A stretch of 64,000 nt of DNA from Pseudobutyrivibrio ruminis (GTDB lineage Bacteria > Bacillota > Clostridia > Lachnospirales > Lachnospiraceae). The position numbers were made by a program, and so were the translations under genes. The stretch is taken from positions 10,388 to 74,387 of the forward strand of contig SVER01000014.1 of NCBI GenBank assembly GCA_015057315.1, written 5' to 3'. Below are positions 10,976-21,182 of the stretch, piece after piece (within the stretch, counting starts at the first letter, position 1; each line of letters begins with the position of its first letter). Under the pieces are notes generated by a model, which ran no database searches, was not told where the DNA came from, and worked only from the letters and a program-made list of their open reading frames with translations.

Positions 10976-11224
10976 ATGGAGAGACAAGAAGAGCAGGAGA
11001 TTAATCCAATCCTTTTAGAGTTTTTAGACACCGACTCCTTTGAGGAAAAATACAAAATTCTGGTGGCAACACCTGTAATGGATTTTGATAATCTATTAAT
11101 TGACAATATGGCTTCATCCATCGATGTGGTAATTGAAGACGGAGACATTGATACAAGAGTACAGGATTTAAAGGTTTGTGTCAGAACAAGAGCTAAATAC
11201 GAAACCACACGTTTTCGCAGATAG
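10976..11224 (+). CDS. Conserved-looking hypothetical protein
   Basis: RBS aggagg, 82 aa, followed by a terminator. Confidence 0.7.
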   Translation: MERQEEQEINPILLEFLDTDSFEEKYKILVATPVMDFDNLLIDNMASSIDVVIEDGDIDTRVQDLKVCVRTRAKYETTRFRR

Positions 11225-11238
11225 TATTGAAACCTATC

Positions 11239-11270
11239 AAGCAGTCTAGTTTATCTAGGCTGCTTTTTTC
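11239..11270 (+). terminator. Intrinsic terminator
   Basis: aagcagtctag-tttat-ctaggctgctt followed by a T-tract. Confidence 0.75.
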
Positions 11271-11274
11271 GATA

Positions 11275-12009
11275 TTCACGGACATACATATTATAGTATC
11301 TGTGGATTTAGCCGCCTCCCGCCATGCCCCACTCCCAAGGCCAGCATAAAAATACTAGAGATGTGTCCGCCTTATGCATTAGACAGTGCCACTTGCTCAT
11401 TGCATCATTGGAGAAGAATTGCTGATTTTCTTAATGCCACAAGCGAGCATACATCACGTGTCCTTTCACGGCTTTGACTATTCGAAGCAACTGTATGTAT
11501 CTCACAGACACTTGGTAGGTTACATAATAGCAGGAGTGGCAATATTAGTATTAATTGCATTCATATTCCATTCGCTAAGAAAAATTAAAAGCAGTTTTTG
11601 GATGTTTTTGTACCGGCTTCAAGCTCAGTCCTTTTCGCTATCAGCCTTGGGCTGCCGTCCGTGGCAGCCCATACCAAAACATTCAAAAACTGCTTTAAGA
11701 TTTTTCTAAGCTCATTCCAAAATCATGCAATTAATACTAATATTGCCACTCCTGCTATTGCTATATGTTGAGTGTGTCTGTGAGATACATACAGTTGCGA
11801 CAGAATTGTCAAACCTTGAAAGAACACGTGTAATAAAGAATGCGAGTTGTGGCATTTAGAAAATCAGTAATTCTTCGACGGTGCAATGAGCAAGTGGCAC
11901 TGTCTAATGCATAAGGCGGACACAGTAAGATAAGCTATGCTGGCCTTGGGAGTGGGGCGTGGCGGGAGGCGGCTAAATTCACAGCCTGAAATTTGTGTAT
12001 GTCAGTGAA
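11275..12009 (+). repeat. 735-bp imperfect fold-back palindrome
   Basis: Successive stems (e.g. 11301-11348 with 11936-11983, 48 bp; further stems of 45, 25 and 35 bp) separated by non-complementary bubbles. Central loop about 11624-11671 contains gggctgcc/ggcagccc. Confidence 0.95.
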
Positions 12010-12142
12010 GGGGATACGAGTTTTTGTTAAAAAATGAGACAAAAATTAACAAAGGGGTAAATTGTAACACTTAATACACAATATAATGTTAAAATTCAGA
12101 CAATGCATGGAGTACGTGCTGTATATTGCGATGGAGGATGCT

Positions 12143-14167
12143 ATGGCAAAACAAGTAAAAGAGAAAAAGGAAAAAGTAAGGAAGATTAAGGATAAGCTTC
12201 TATTACTAATCATTCCAGCGGTTATTGTTATGATAATTGTGCTGGTAGTGATATCTTCTATGCTGTCTAAAAATAGTATGCAGGAGATGGCACAGGCTAA
12301 CCTGGAAAGTTCTATTGGAAATCAGGCAGATAACATTAGTTCGTGGCTAAGTGAAAACTTAGAGAATTTTGCCGCAGTCAAAAAGGGAATTGAAGGTATG
12401 CAGCCTGATGACGAGGTTTTGGTACAGTACCTGACTTCTTATGTGGGTTCTAATACTAATTCTCCTAATGGTGTATATGTGGCTTCTAATACCGGGGCAG
12501 TTTTCTGTGGAAATGGCGCAGATATTTCTATATCTAATCCAACAGAGCAGCAATGGTTTAAGGAAGGCCTGTCACGTGTAAATATGGCCTATGGCAGACC
12601 ATATAAAAATGCTGATGGTCAGTATGTAATTTCTGCATCGGGAATTATTAAAAGCAATGGTGATGATATAAGGGTTGCAGCAGCAGATGTTACCTTGGAT
12701 CAGATTACTATCATCGTTAATTCTGGTGTAAAGATGAAAAATGCCAGCTCATTTTTGGTGGATACAGATGATATGATGATTCTTGCCCACAGAGATGATA
12801 GCCTGGTATCAACCACAATTAGTGATAGCAGTAATGATCCTATTATCAAGGGTGCATATAAGAAGATTTCAGCAGGTGATTATACAACTGAGGAAATCAG
12901 CGGATATACAGTAGCGTTTAGTGAAATATCAGGAACAAACTGGGTGCTTGTTTCTTATATTGCTGATAGCATTATTCTTGCGGATATACAAAAGCTTGGC
13001 CTTATTCTTTTTGGTGTTGGTGCCATTGCAGTTGTATTGATTACTATTATGATTAGCGTAATCATAGGACGTGTTGTAAGACCAATCGCATCTATTACCC
13101 AGAATATTTCAGCAATGAGCGATGGTGATTTTACTATCGAGGTTGCTAAGGAATCTAACGACGAAATCGGTGTTATGGGCGAACAGGTTGGAAGGTTCGT
13201 TGTGCTTATGCGTAAGATGCTTTCAAGCATCAGTGATGAATCTGATAAGCTAAAGCTGGAATCTGATAACAGCGATAGAGTAAGTAAGGATATGTTTGAT
13301 GCATCTCAGTCACAGGAAAATGCAATGGTTAATCTGAAGAATACAGTTGATGAGCTAGCCCTTGCAGTTAATGAGATTGCAGAAAATGCGACTACTCTTG
13401 CTATGGTTGTTTCTGATACAAGAGAGAATTCTAACCAGGCTAATGAAAGCATGAAGGAAACTGTTGAAATCAGTAAGCAGGGACGTGCTGATATGGAGCA
13501 GCTTTCAATTGCCATGGAAGGAATCAAAAACAGCAACGATGCCTTGGTTGATTCTATTAACCAGGTTGGTAAGGCATCTGAAGAGATTACAAAGATTGTT
13601 GGACTTATTGCAGAGATTGCCGATGAGACAAATCTTCTTTCACTTAATGCATCTATTGAGGCAGCCCGTGCTGGTGAGGCAGGAAAGGGCTTTGCGGTAG
13701 TTGCTACAGAGATTGGTAAGCTGGCTCAGACATCAGCGGATAGTGCCGATAATATTGCAAGTCTTATCAATGATGTAGGCAAGGCCATTGATTCTGTTGT
13801 TGCCCAGGCGGAGAACAGCGCAAGAAATATTGAAGCTAACAGCGAATTAATTGGTACGGCAGTTGAAACATTTGATAAGATTTATAAGAATATTGAAAAG
13901 TCAAACGAGCTTCTTGATTTGATGATACAGGATGTACAGAAGGTTGATGAGGTATCTACTAACGTAGCTGCTATTTCTGAGGAGCAGGCGGCTAGTGCAG
14001 ATGAAATCCTTGAGACCTCTAAGCACATGGTAGAACAGGCTCAGTCCATTACCGCAAGCAGTCAGGATGTGGCGGACAACTCTCACGAGCTGGCAAATAC
14101 ATCCCAGACTCTTACAGATTATGTACAGCAGTTTAAGATTGTGAAGGAGGACGATTATGAGAGCTAA
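12143..14167 (+). CDS. Methyl-accepting chemotaxis protein (Cache-like sensor, HAMP, MA domain)
   Basis: Two TMs flanking an extracellular domain; [37 protein letters not shown]. Start moved to 12143 (ggagg RBS). Confidence 0.95.
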   Translation: MAKQVKEKKEKVRKIKDKLLLLIIPAVIVMIIVLVVISSMLSKNSMQEMAQANLESSIGNQADNISSWLSENLENFAAVKKGIEGMQPDDEVLVQYLTSYVGSNTNSPNGVYVASNTGAVFCGNGADISISNPTEQQWFKEGLSRVNMAYGRPYKNADGQYVISASGIIKSNGDDIRVAAADVTLDQITIIVNSGVKMKNASSFLVDTDDMMILAHRDDSLVSTTISDSSNDPIIKGAYKKISAGDYTTEEISGYTVAFSEISGTNWVLVSYIADSIILADIQKLGLILFGVGAIAVVLITIMISVIIGRVVRPIASITQNISAMSDGDFTIEVAKESNDEIGVMGEQVGRFVVLMRKMLSSISDESDKLKLESDNSDRVSKDMFDASQSQENAMVNLKNTVDELALAVNEIAENATTLAMVVSDTRENSNQANESMKETVEISKQGRADMEQLSIAMEGIKNSNDALVDSINQVGKASEEITKIVGLIAEIADETNLLSLNASIEAARAGEAGKGFAVVATEIGKLAQTSADSADNIASLINDVGKAIDSVVAQAENSARNIEANSELIGTAVETFDKIYKNIEKSNELLDLMIQDVQKVDEVSTNVAAISEEQAASADEILETSKHMVEQAQSITASSQDVADNSHELANTSQTLTDYVQQFKIVKEDDYES

Positions 14168-15158
14168 TAACAAAATGAAAAAGCTGGTAGTGCTTCTTTT
14201 GACAATCGTTATGGCAACAGGCCTGATGCTAACAGGCTGCGGTAGCAGCAGTGGCGGTGGTTCTGGCTCTGGCAAGGGTGTTAAGGTATTCTATACAGCA
14301 CCACCAGATGATGATTTTAAGCTTTTGTTAAAAGAATCTCTTCAGGAGAATGCTGCAACAGAGGGGGTTACATTTGACATTGGAGAAGGCTGCAATACAG
14401 TTAATGACCAGGTAAATCAGATAAAGGAAGCTGTAAGTAGCGGATATAATGCAATTATTTGTCTGCCAGTTGATAGAAGTACTGCACTTCAGCTTGAGGT
14501 TGCAGCAGGCGATGTTCCTATTATCTATGTAAATGGTGCACCTGATAAGGAATTCCTGGAGAAGGATAAATATATGGTAGTCAGCAGCTACGAGCAGGAT
14601 GCAGGCACCTATCAGGCTGAATATGTATGGAATGCCCTTGGTAAACCAAGTAGCATAAATGTCGTAATGCTCCGTGGTCCACTGACACATAACGCTGCCA
14701 TTGCACGTTCCGTATCAGTGTACAAATACTTTAAAGAAAACGGAGTTCAGGTGAATACTGTATTTGATGATAGTGCGGAATGGGATGAAAATAAAGCAAA
14801 GGATATGATGGCTATTGTTGAGAAGACAAAGCAGCCATTTGATGCAGTGTTCTGTAACAATGATTCCATGGCAGTTGGCGCAGCAGATTACTTGGCAAGC
14901 CACGGCTACGACCTAAGCAAAATCCCTGTAGTAGGTGTTGATGCCACAGTAGGTGGATGCCAGTCAATTGTAGATGGCAAGATGCAGTTTACAGTATACC
15001 AGTCAGCCTCAGGCCAAGGCGCTATGGCTATCAAATGCGTAAAAGCCCTTGTAACCAAAGGCACCGCTGCCGGCCTTGAAGGCCTCACTGATGACGGTAT
15101 CTATATCTGGGTTCCATTCGAAAAGGTTGACGCATCTAACGCGAAGGATTATATGTAA
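14157..15158 (+). CDS. Sugar-binding lipoprotein (RbsB/MglB-like periplasmic binding fold)
   Basis: Lipobox [26 protein letters not shown]. Overlaps the MCP stop codon. Confidence 0.85.
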   Translation: MRANNKMKKLVVLLLTIVMATGLMLTGCGSSSGGGSGSGKGVKVFYTAPPDDDFKLLLKESLQENAATEGVTFDIGEGCNTVNDQVNQIKEAVSSGYNAIICLPVDRSTALQLEVAAGDVPIIYVNGAPDKEFLEKDKYMVVSSYEQDAGTYQAEYVWNALGKPSSINVVMLRGPLTHNAAIARSVSVYKYFKENGVQVNTVFDDSAEWDENKAKDMMAIVEKTKQPFDAVFCNNDSMAVGAADYLASHGYDLSKIPVVGVDATVGGCQSIVDGKMQFTVYQSASGQGAMAIKCVKALVTKGTAAGLEGLTDDGIYIWVPFEKVDASNAKDYM

Positions 15159-15162
15159 GTCA

Positions 15163-15184
15163 TAGATGAGCTTGTTTCGGACTA
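15163..15184 (+). repeat. Collapsed (internally deleted) TAGATGAG...CGGACT element
   Basis: tagatgag-cttgttt-cggacta: both termini with almost no internal stem. Confidence 0.55.
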
Positions 15185-15328
15185 GATTACTAATATGTTT
15201 TGTATAATTGGACAGTTTTTTCGGTAATTTACATAAAAAAAAGAAATTGCATTTTGTAATTTCTTTTTTTTATGTATAATGATGACGTGTTGTTTATGTT
15301 TATCTTTAGTGATTAGGAGGAAATTATT

Positions 15329-16228
15329 ATGGCTATTGATCTTAAACAATACAGAGACATTCCACATGGCGATATGCCAGGTGACAAGGTAGAAATAGGA
15401 GAGGAACACGTTAAGAAGGCGAATGTAATCATGGACTCACTTATGGGTCAGCTTGATGAAGTTCTTGCTAAGGATGGCAAAGCAGTCATCGCAGTTTGTG
15501 GCGGTTCGGGAGTAGGTAAGTCTGAGACCGCATCTCTTATCAGCTACATGCTGAATGAAAAGGGCATTGGTGCTTACACCATGTCTGGAGACAACTATCC
15601 TAGACGTATTCCAATGTACAACGATGCAGAGCGACTTCGCATTTTCCGCACCGAAGGTGTGAGAAACTTAGTTAAGTCTGGCGAAGGAAGCATGGAGCAT
15701 TTTGAAATCTTGCGTAAATGGCAGGATGAGGAGACTGATGCTGACAAGGCTCATGTAAGTGAGTGCCCATGGGCGCAGGCTTATATTGATGGCGGTCGCA
15801 AGGGTCTTACTGGTTACCTTGGCACTAAGAACGAAATTGATTTCGATGAAGTGTCTAGTATTGTAAAGGCTTTCAAGTCTGGCCAGAATAAAATCTACCT
15901 TAAGAGAATGGGTAGAACTAACTCTGAACTTTGGTATGAACAGATTGATTTTACGAACGTTAAAGTTCTAGTTATCGAATGGACACATGGTAACAGCGAC
16001 AATTACGAAGGTGTGGATATTCCAATCCTTCTCAACAGTACACCAGAGGAAACTCTAGCTCATCGTAAAGCTAGAAACCGCGATGGCAAAACTGATAGCG
16101 CATTCACCATGCTTGTTCTAGAGATTGAGCAAAACCTTTTAAAATCACAGGCCCACAAAGCAAAAATTATTCTTTCTAAAGCAGGTGAACTCCTAACGTA
16201 CGCCCAGTACGAGGAGTTAATGAAATAA
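15329..16228 (+). CDS. P-loop kinase of PRK/uridine-kinase fold; probable sugar (sucrose-type) kinase
   Basis: Walker A VCGGSGVGKS, SGDNYP, VLVIEWTHG. Upstream of a GH13_18 phosphorylase. Similarity to the AgaSK kinase domain is recalled, not searched. Confidence 0.6.
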   Translation: MAIDLKQYRDIPHGDMPGDKVEIGEEHVKKANVIMDSLMGQLDEVLAKDGKAVIAVCGGSGVGKSETASLISYMLNEKGIGAYTMSGDNYPRRIPMYNDAERLRIFRTEGVRNLVKSGEGSMEHFEILRKWQDEETDADKAHVSECPWAQAYIDGGRKGLTGYLGTKNEIDFDEVSSIVKAFKSGQNKIYLKRMGRTNSELWYEQIDFTNVKVLVIEWTHGNSDNYEGVDIPILLNSTPEETLAHRKARNRDGKTDSAFTMLVLEIEQNLLKSQAHKAKIILSKAGELLTYAQYEELMK

Positions 16229-16245
16229 CGTAAAGTTTTAGTAAT

Positions 16246-16340
16246 TAGATGAGCTTGTAGGTAACAAGGTATTATATTACTAAAATGAGACGTTCTGTCG
16301 AATGTAGTAATATAATTCTTGTTACCGTAACAAGCGGACT
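16246..16340 (+). repeat. TAGATGAG...CGGACT hairpin element
   Basis: tagatgag-cttgt-ag-gtaacaag..attatattacta / tagtaatataat..cttgttac-cgta-acaag-cggact. Confidence 0.8.
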
Positions 16341-16356
16341 TTAATGGAGGAATAAA

Positions 16357-17997
16357 ATGAACGGTCCTATGTTAAATGCCTACCCAGATTCTATGGGCGG
16401 CACACTTGATGATATTGTAAAGGTTTTGAGCAAGGAAGATTTAAAGGATGTCTTCGAGTCATTCTATATCTTGCCTAGCATTTTTAATACAGATTTAGAT
16501 AGAGGCTTCTCGGTTATCGATTACGGCATCAATGAAGAATTGGGTAGCCGCAAGGCAATCGAGGATATCAAGGCTATGGACATTGATCTTAAGCTTGATT
16601 TCATCCTCAATCATGCATCTGTATTGTCAAAGGAGTTCCAGGATATTATTAAGAACGGTGAGAATTCCAAGTATAAGGATTTCTTCATCAACTGGAACAA
16701 ATTCTGGGAAGGCTGCGGCGAAATGACAGAGGCTGGTTATATTCAGCCTGAGGAGAAATATATCAAGGATATGTTCTTCAGAAAGCCAGGCTTACCAATT
16801 CTTATGGTTCGTTTCCCAGATGGAAGAAATGTCCCATATTGGAATACATTCTACCAGGAGGTTCGTTATAAGAAGCTTGAGGCTGAGGACCTTATGGAGA
16901 AGATGGACATCCAGTACGTGGCAGCATCTAGATTGGCAGACTGTGTTAACACTCAGATTGCTGAGGGTAAGGCAGTGGCTGATTTAGAGCTTGGTAAATA
17001 TGAAGGCTACCGTGATGCTGTAGTTGATTTATTGGAGAGCAGCCGTAGATATTTAGGTCAGATGGATTTAAATATTAAGTCTCCACTTGTTTGGGAGTTC
17101 TACGAGAACACTCTTAAGACACTTGCATCATACGGAGCTAAAATCGTCAGATTGGATGCATTTGCTTATGCACCAAAGGAGCCAGGCGAGAAGAACTTCT
17201 TGAACGACCCAGGTACATGGGATTTACTTCAGAAGGTTCGAGAGCTTGCAGATAAAAATGGAGTCACACTCCTTCCAGAGATTCATGCAAGCTACGGTGA
17301 GAAGATTTACGAGCTTGTAGCAAGCAAAGGCTACATGACATACGATTTCTTCCTTCCAGGCTTACTTATTCATGCAATCGAAAATCATGATAGCTCACTT
17401 CTTGTTAATTGGGCTAAGGAATTGATTGAAAAGGATATTAAGGTGGTTAACATGCTTGGTTGCCACGATGGTATTCCTCTTTTGGATTTGAAGGGACTAT
17501 TGCCTGAGTCTGAGATTCAAAAGCTTATCGATACTTTGGTTGCACGTGGCGGATTCGTTAAGGATCTTCACGGAGCCAAGAACATGTACTATCAGGTTAA
17601 TGCTACATACTATAGCGCACTTGGCGAGGATGATAAGAAGATGCTCTTTGCCAGAGCAATTCAGATGTTCATGCCAGGTAAGCCACAGGTATGGTATCTT
17701 GATTTGTTTGCAGGAAAGAATGACCACGAAGCTGTTAAGCGAGCTGGAGCAGGTGGACATAAGGAAATCAACAGAACCAATCTTTCACTTGACCAAATCG
17801 AAGCAGACCTTAATAAGGACGTAGTAAAGAAGCAGATTGAACTTCTTCGCCTTAGAAAGACTCATCCTGCATTTGGATTTGACAGTGAATTATCTATTAA
17901 TACCGAAGGTTCAGTTACATCCTTTACATGGACTAAGGGAGCTGATACCATCACTCTTAAGGCTGATTTTGAAAGCCTTGAATACGAGATTATTTAA
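16357..17997 (+). CDS. GH13_18 glycoside phosphorylase (sucrose or sucrose-6F-phosphate phosphorylase-like)
   Basis: LNAYPDS, DRGFSVIDY, DFILNHAS, IVRLDAFAY, LPEIH, GCHDGIP, YYQVNATYYSAL. Confidence 0.85.
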   Translation: MNGPMLNAYPDSMGGTLDDIVKVLSKEDLKDVFESFYILPSIFNTDLDRGFSVIDYGINEELGSRKAIEDIKAMDIDLKLDFILNHASVLSKEFQDIIKNGENSKYKDFFINWNKFWEGCGEMTEAGYIQPEEKYIKDMFFRKPGLPILMVRFPDGRNVPYWNTFYQEVRYKKLEAEDLMEKMDIQYVAASRLADCVNTQIAEGKAVADLELGKYEGYRDAVVDLLESSRRYLGQMDLNIKSPLVWEFYENTLKTLASYGAKIVRLDAFAYAPKEPGEKNFLNDPGTWDLLQKVRELADKNGVTLLPEIHASYGEKIYELVASKGYMTYDFFLPGLLIHAIENHDSSLLVNWAKELIEKDIKVVNMLGCHDGIPLLDLKGLLPESEIQKLIDTLVARGGFVKDLHGAKNMYYQVNATYYSALGEDDKKMLFARAIQMFMPGKPQVWYLDLFAGKNDHEAVKRAGAGGHKEINRTNLSLDQIEADLNKDVVKKQIELLRLRKTHPAFGFDSELSINTEGSVTSFTWTKGADTITLKADFESLEYEII

Positions 17998-18010
17998 TCA
18001 AATAAGATAG

Positions 18011-18114
18011 CCTTCCCCTTGAGGGGAAGGTGGCCAAAGGCCGGATGAGGTGTAATTAACTGTAGAACACCTCATCAGTTACCTGCGGTGACGGCTTCCC
18101 CTTGAGGGGAAGCC
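18011..18114. repeat. Inverted doublet of a REP-like element (cttccccttgaggggaag...gatgaggtgt); probable bidirectional terminator
   Basis: Two inverted copies between convergent genes; related copies at 29753 and 54926. Confidence 0.8.
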
Positions 18115-18132
18115 TTTTTATTTTTTGTAATT

Positions 18133-18582
18133 TTATTTCAACGGATTCCCAAATATCATTTCAGAATTATGGTAGCGGCGGTCGTTTGTTACATCATTCC
18201 CAAACCAATCTGGGGCAGTGAATGCATCGGCTTCCTCCACAGTAGGAAATTCCACCTCAGCCATAATCAGCCCATCCATGTGACCAGCAAATACATCTAA
18301 TTCGATAGTATATGGGTCAAGAGGGATCAGGTATCGGCGCTTGGTAATAAGATAGCCATCAATCTTTTCAGCCAGATGGTTGTAAGCATCTTCAGTAAGC
18401 TCAGCCTCTATCTCTTCATGGGCAAGCAAACCGCTGCCCTTGTAAGTAAGGATGTACTTGTCACTCTTTTTTCGGATTCTAACAACAGGGTGAGTGCAAA
18501 GGTATCCCTGCTCAATTTCTACATAATCATATTTCCCCAAATCGGGTAATTCTTTTATTAAAAATTTTCTTTCTATTTCCAT
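18133..18582 (-). CDS. CYTH domain protein
   Basis: MEIERKFL, IEQGYL, VRIR, ELDVF, MAEVEF. Confidence 0.9.
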   Translation of the reverse strand: MEIERKFLIKELPDLGKYDYVEIEQGYLCTHPVVRIRKKSDKYILTYKGSGLLAHEEIEAELTEDAYNHLAEKIDGYLITKRRYLIPLDPYTIELDVFAGHMDGLIMAEVEFPTVEEADAFTAPDWFGNDVTNDRRYHNSEMIFGNPLK

Positions 18583-18737
18583 GGTATACCTCCAAATCTA
18601 TCGTAACATAGCTATGAATTATATAAATGTCTTGAAATGAATGAGATTTTAGGGTAAAATCATGTATACAAGTGTGGCAATTTGCCAAATGATTTAGGTT
18701 AGAAGGCTCAGAGGAGTCATTAAAGGAGGATTTTATA

Positions 18738-19295
18738 ATGATTACAGCCGGTGATTTTAGAAACGGTATGACAATCGAGATGGACAATCAGGTTTATCAG
18801 GTTATCGAATTCCAGCACGTAAAGCCAGGTAAGGGTGCAGCTTTCGTTCGTACAAAGCTTAAGAACATCAAGAACGGTGGTGTTACAGAAACATCTTTCC
18901 GTCCTACAGAGAAGTTCCCAGCAGCTCGTATCGATCGTAAGGATATGCAGTACCTCTACAATGATGGTGAGCTTTACAACTTCATGGATGTTGAGACATA
19001 CGATCAGGTAGCTCTTACAGCTGATCAGATTGGTGATGCTCTTAAGTTTGTTAAGGAGAACGAAATCGTTAAGATGCTTTCACACAACGGTTCTATCTTC
19101 TCAGTTGAGCCACCTATGTTCGTAGAACTTCAGATTACAGATACAGAGCCAGGTTTCAAGGGTGATACAGCTACAGGTGCTACAAAGCCAGCTACTGTTG
19201 AGACAGGCGCAGTTGTTTACGTTCCACTTTTTGTTGAGAACGGCGAAACAATCAAGATTGATACAAGAACAGGAGAGTACTTATCAAGAGTTTAG
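18738..19295 (+). CDS. efp: Elongation factor P
   Basis: [43 protein letters not shown]. Confidence 0.98.
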   Translation: MITAGDFRNGMTIEMDNQVYQVIEFQHVKPGKGAAFVRTKLKNIKNGGVTETSFRPTEKFPAARIDRKDMQYLYNDGELYNFMDVETYDQVALTADQIGDALKFVKENEIVKMLSHNGSIFSVEPPMFVELQITDTEPGFKGDTATGATKPATVETGAVVYVPLFVENGETIKIDTRTGEYLSRV

Positions 19296-19296
19296 T

Positions 19297-19497
19297 ATGG
19301 ATTACAGAGAATACCCACTTTCAGAGCTTTTAAAAAACAGAAAAATATTTGCTGTCTTTGATGAAGAGTTTCAAAAGGGCACTTGGCTTGACGCTACAGC
19401 ATTGCTTGGTAGCGAAAGCACTATTAACCAGCTGTACCGTGATGGCACAGTTCCTAAGGAAACCCTTGATAAGATTGTGGAACGTCTCTCTAAATAA
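19297..19497 (+). CDS. Small hypothetical protein (66 aa)
   Basis: ATG 1 nt after the efp stop (MDYREYPLSELL...), followed by a terminator. Confidence 0.6.
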   Translation: MDYREYPLSELLKNRKIFAVFDEEFQKGTWLDATALLGSESTINQLYRDGTVPKETLDKIVERLSK

Positions 19498-19508
19498 GTA
19501 CGATTACT

Positions 19509-19543
19509 AAGGGATATCACTTCGTGTGATATCTCTTTTTTTT
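19509..19543 (+). terminator. Intrinsic terminator
   Basis: aagggatatcac-ttcgt-gtgatatctctt followed by a T-tract. Confidence 0.8.
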
Positions 19544-19630
19544 ACATCTTGATTTACGACAACTATTGAAAATTGGGGGTATAGAGGGATAGAATAAGGG
19601 TAGTTAAAGTTGTATTGGGGGGTGAATTTT

Positions 19631-21055
19631 ATGTTCAGTTTTATGATTTGTTTGGTTGTTCTTATCGCAGGGTATTTCACCTACGGAAAGCTGGTAGACA
19701 AGATATATGGTCCAGATGATAGGCCCACTCCTGCCGTAAGGATAAACGACGGGGTAGATTTTGTAGTAATGCCTAGATGGAAGCTATTCTTGATTCAGCT
19801 TCTTAATATAGCAGGACTTGGACCTATATACGGCGCCTTGGCAGGTGCACAGTGGGGGACTAGCGTGTTCCTTTGGATTACACTTGGAACTATATTTGCT
19901 GGTGGTGTGCATGATTTTTCCGTAGGCTTTATGAGCATGCGCCACGATGGAGCCAGTGTATCAGAGCTTACAGGCATGTACCTTGGCAAGGTTATGAAGA
20001 ATATAATGCGCGTCTTTAGTGTTGTCCTGCTTGTGATGATTGGTACGGTTTTTGCTGTAGGACCCGCAGGATTAATTTCTCTTTTGATAGGTAACCAGGG
20101 CGGTACTGGTTTAATAGCTAACACATATTTTTGGTTGGCAATCGTTTTAATCTATTATTTCATTGCAACATTTATTCCAATTGATAAGGTTATAGGAAAG
20201 TTTTACCCAGTGTTTGGCGTATGCCTAATAGTTATGGCAATTGGCGTGGCTGTAGGTATTTTTACTCACGGATATACTATCCCTGAAATAGAATTAGCAA
20301 ATCTTCATCCTGATAAAACACCAATCTGGCCAATGATGTTTGTGTCAGTTGCATGTGGTGCCATCTCAGGCTTCCATGCTACCCAATCACCGCTGATGGC
20401 CAGGTGCTGCAAGTCAGAAAAGGAAAGTCACATGGTGTTTTATGGAGCTATGGTAAGTGAGGGAATCATCGCACTTATTTGGGCGGCAGCAGGAAGTGCT
20501 GTCTACGAAAGAACAGGGGGATTAACCACAGGCCTTACTGAAATCCTTGCCAGTGGGCAATCTGCCTGCGTATATGATATCTGCACCAAGACAATGGGTG
20601 GAGTAGGAATAGTTCTTGCAATGCTTGGTGTAATTGCATGTCCTATTACATCAGGCGATACAGCCTTTCGTTCAGCAAGGCTTGTTATTGCAGACTGGTT
20701 CAACATCAATCAGAAATCCTATAAAAACCGCTTGCTTATTTGTATCCCATTGCTGGGCGCTGGCGCTTTAATCAGCCAGCTTAATTACAATGTTGTATGG
20801 AGATATTTCAGCTGGTCTAACCAGACCCTTGCCATGATAGCACTGTGGACAGCATCCATGTATCTATACAAGAATGGCAAAAACTACTGGCTCACAACAA
20901 TCCCTGCCACATTCATGTCCGCAGTATCTGTCACCTATTTCTTCTGTGCACCAGAGTGCCTGAACCTTTCCACAGCTATTGCGTATCCAGTAGGAATAGT
21001 TGCAGCAGTGGTATTCTTAGGGGTGTTCTTGAAGAAGAGCTTAGGGGGTAAATAA
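19631..21055 (+). CDS. cstA: Carbon starvation protein A family transporter
   Basis: LIQLLNIAGLGPIYG, GGVHDF, ACGAISGFHATQSP, TSGDTAFRSAR. Confidence 0.9.
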   Translation: MFSFMICLVVLIAGYFTYGKLVDKIYGPDDRPTPAVRINDGVDFVVMPRWKLFLIQLLNIAGLGPIYGALAGAQWGTSVFLWITLGTIFAGGVHDFSVGFMSMRHDGASVSELTGMYLGKVMKNIMRVFSVVLLVMIGTVFAVGPAGLISLLIGNQGGTGLIANTYFWLAIVLIYYFIATFIPIDKVIGKFYPVFGVCLIVMAIGVAVGIFTHGYTIPEIELANLHPDKTPIWPMMFVSVACGAISGFHATQSPLMARCCKSEKESHMVFYGAMVSEGIIALIWAAAGSAVYERTGGLTTGLTEILASGQSACVYDICTKTMGGVGIVLAMLGVIACPITSGDTAFRSARLVIADWFNINQKSYKNRLLICIPLLGAGALISQLNYNVVWRYFSWSNQTLAMIALWTASMYLYKNGKNYWLTTIPATFMSAVSVTYFFCAPECLNLSTAIAYPVGIVAAVVFLGVFLKKSLGGK

Positions 21056-21104
21056 TTTAAAATTGATTATATGACTCCTTTGGGGTATATTGAAAAGTGA
21101 TAAA

Positions 21105-21158
21105 TGACATCTACAAGATGTCATTTGCTTTATCAAGATTGACATCTTGTAGATGTCA
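21105..21158. promoter_or_regulatory. Pair of palindromic operator boxes TGACAT-N7-ATGTCA
   Basis: TGACATCTACAAGATGTCA (21105-21123) and its exact reverse complement (21140-21158). Confidence 0.7.
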
Positions 21159-21182
21159 CAACCTCAAGGAGTGTTAATATCA

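Noticed and set aside
11386-11709. 107-aa ORF inside the giant palindrome
   Set aside because: GTG start without RBS, lies across both arms of an inverted repeat, no recognisable motif
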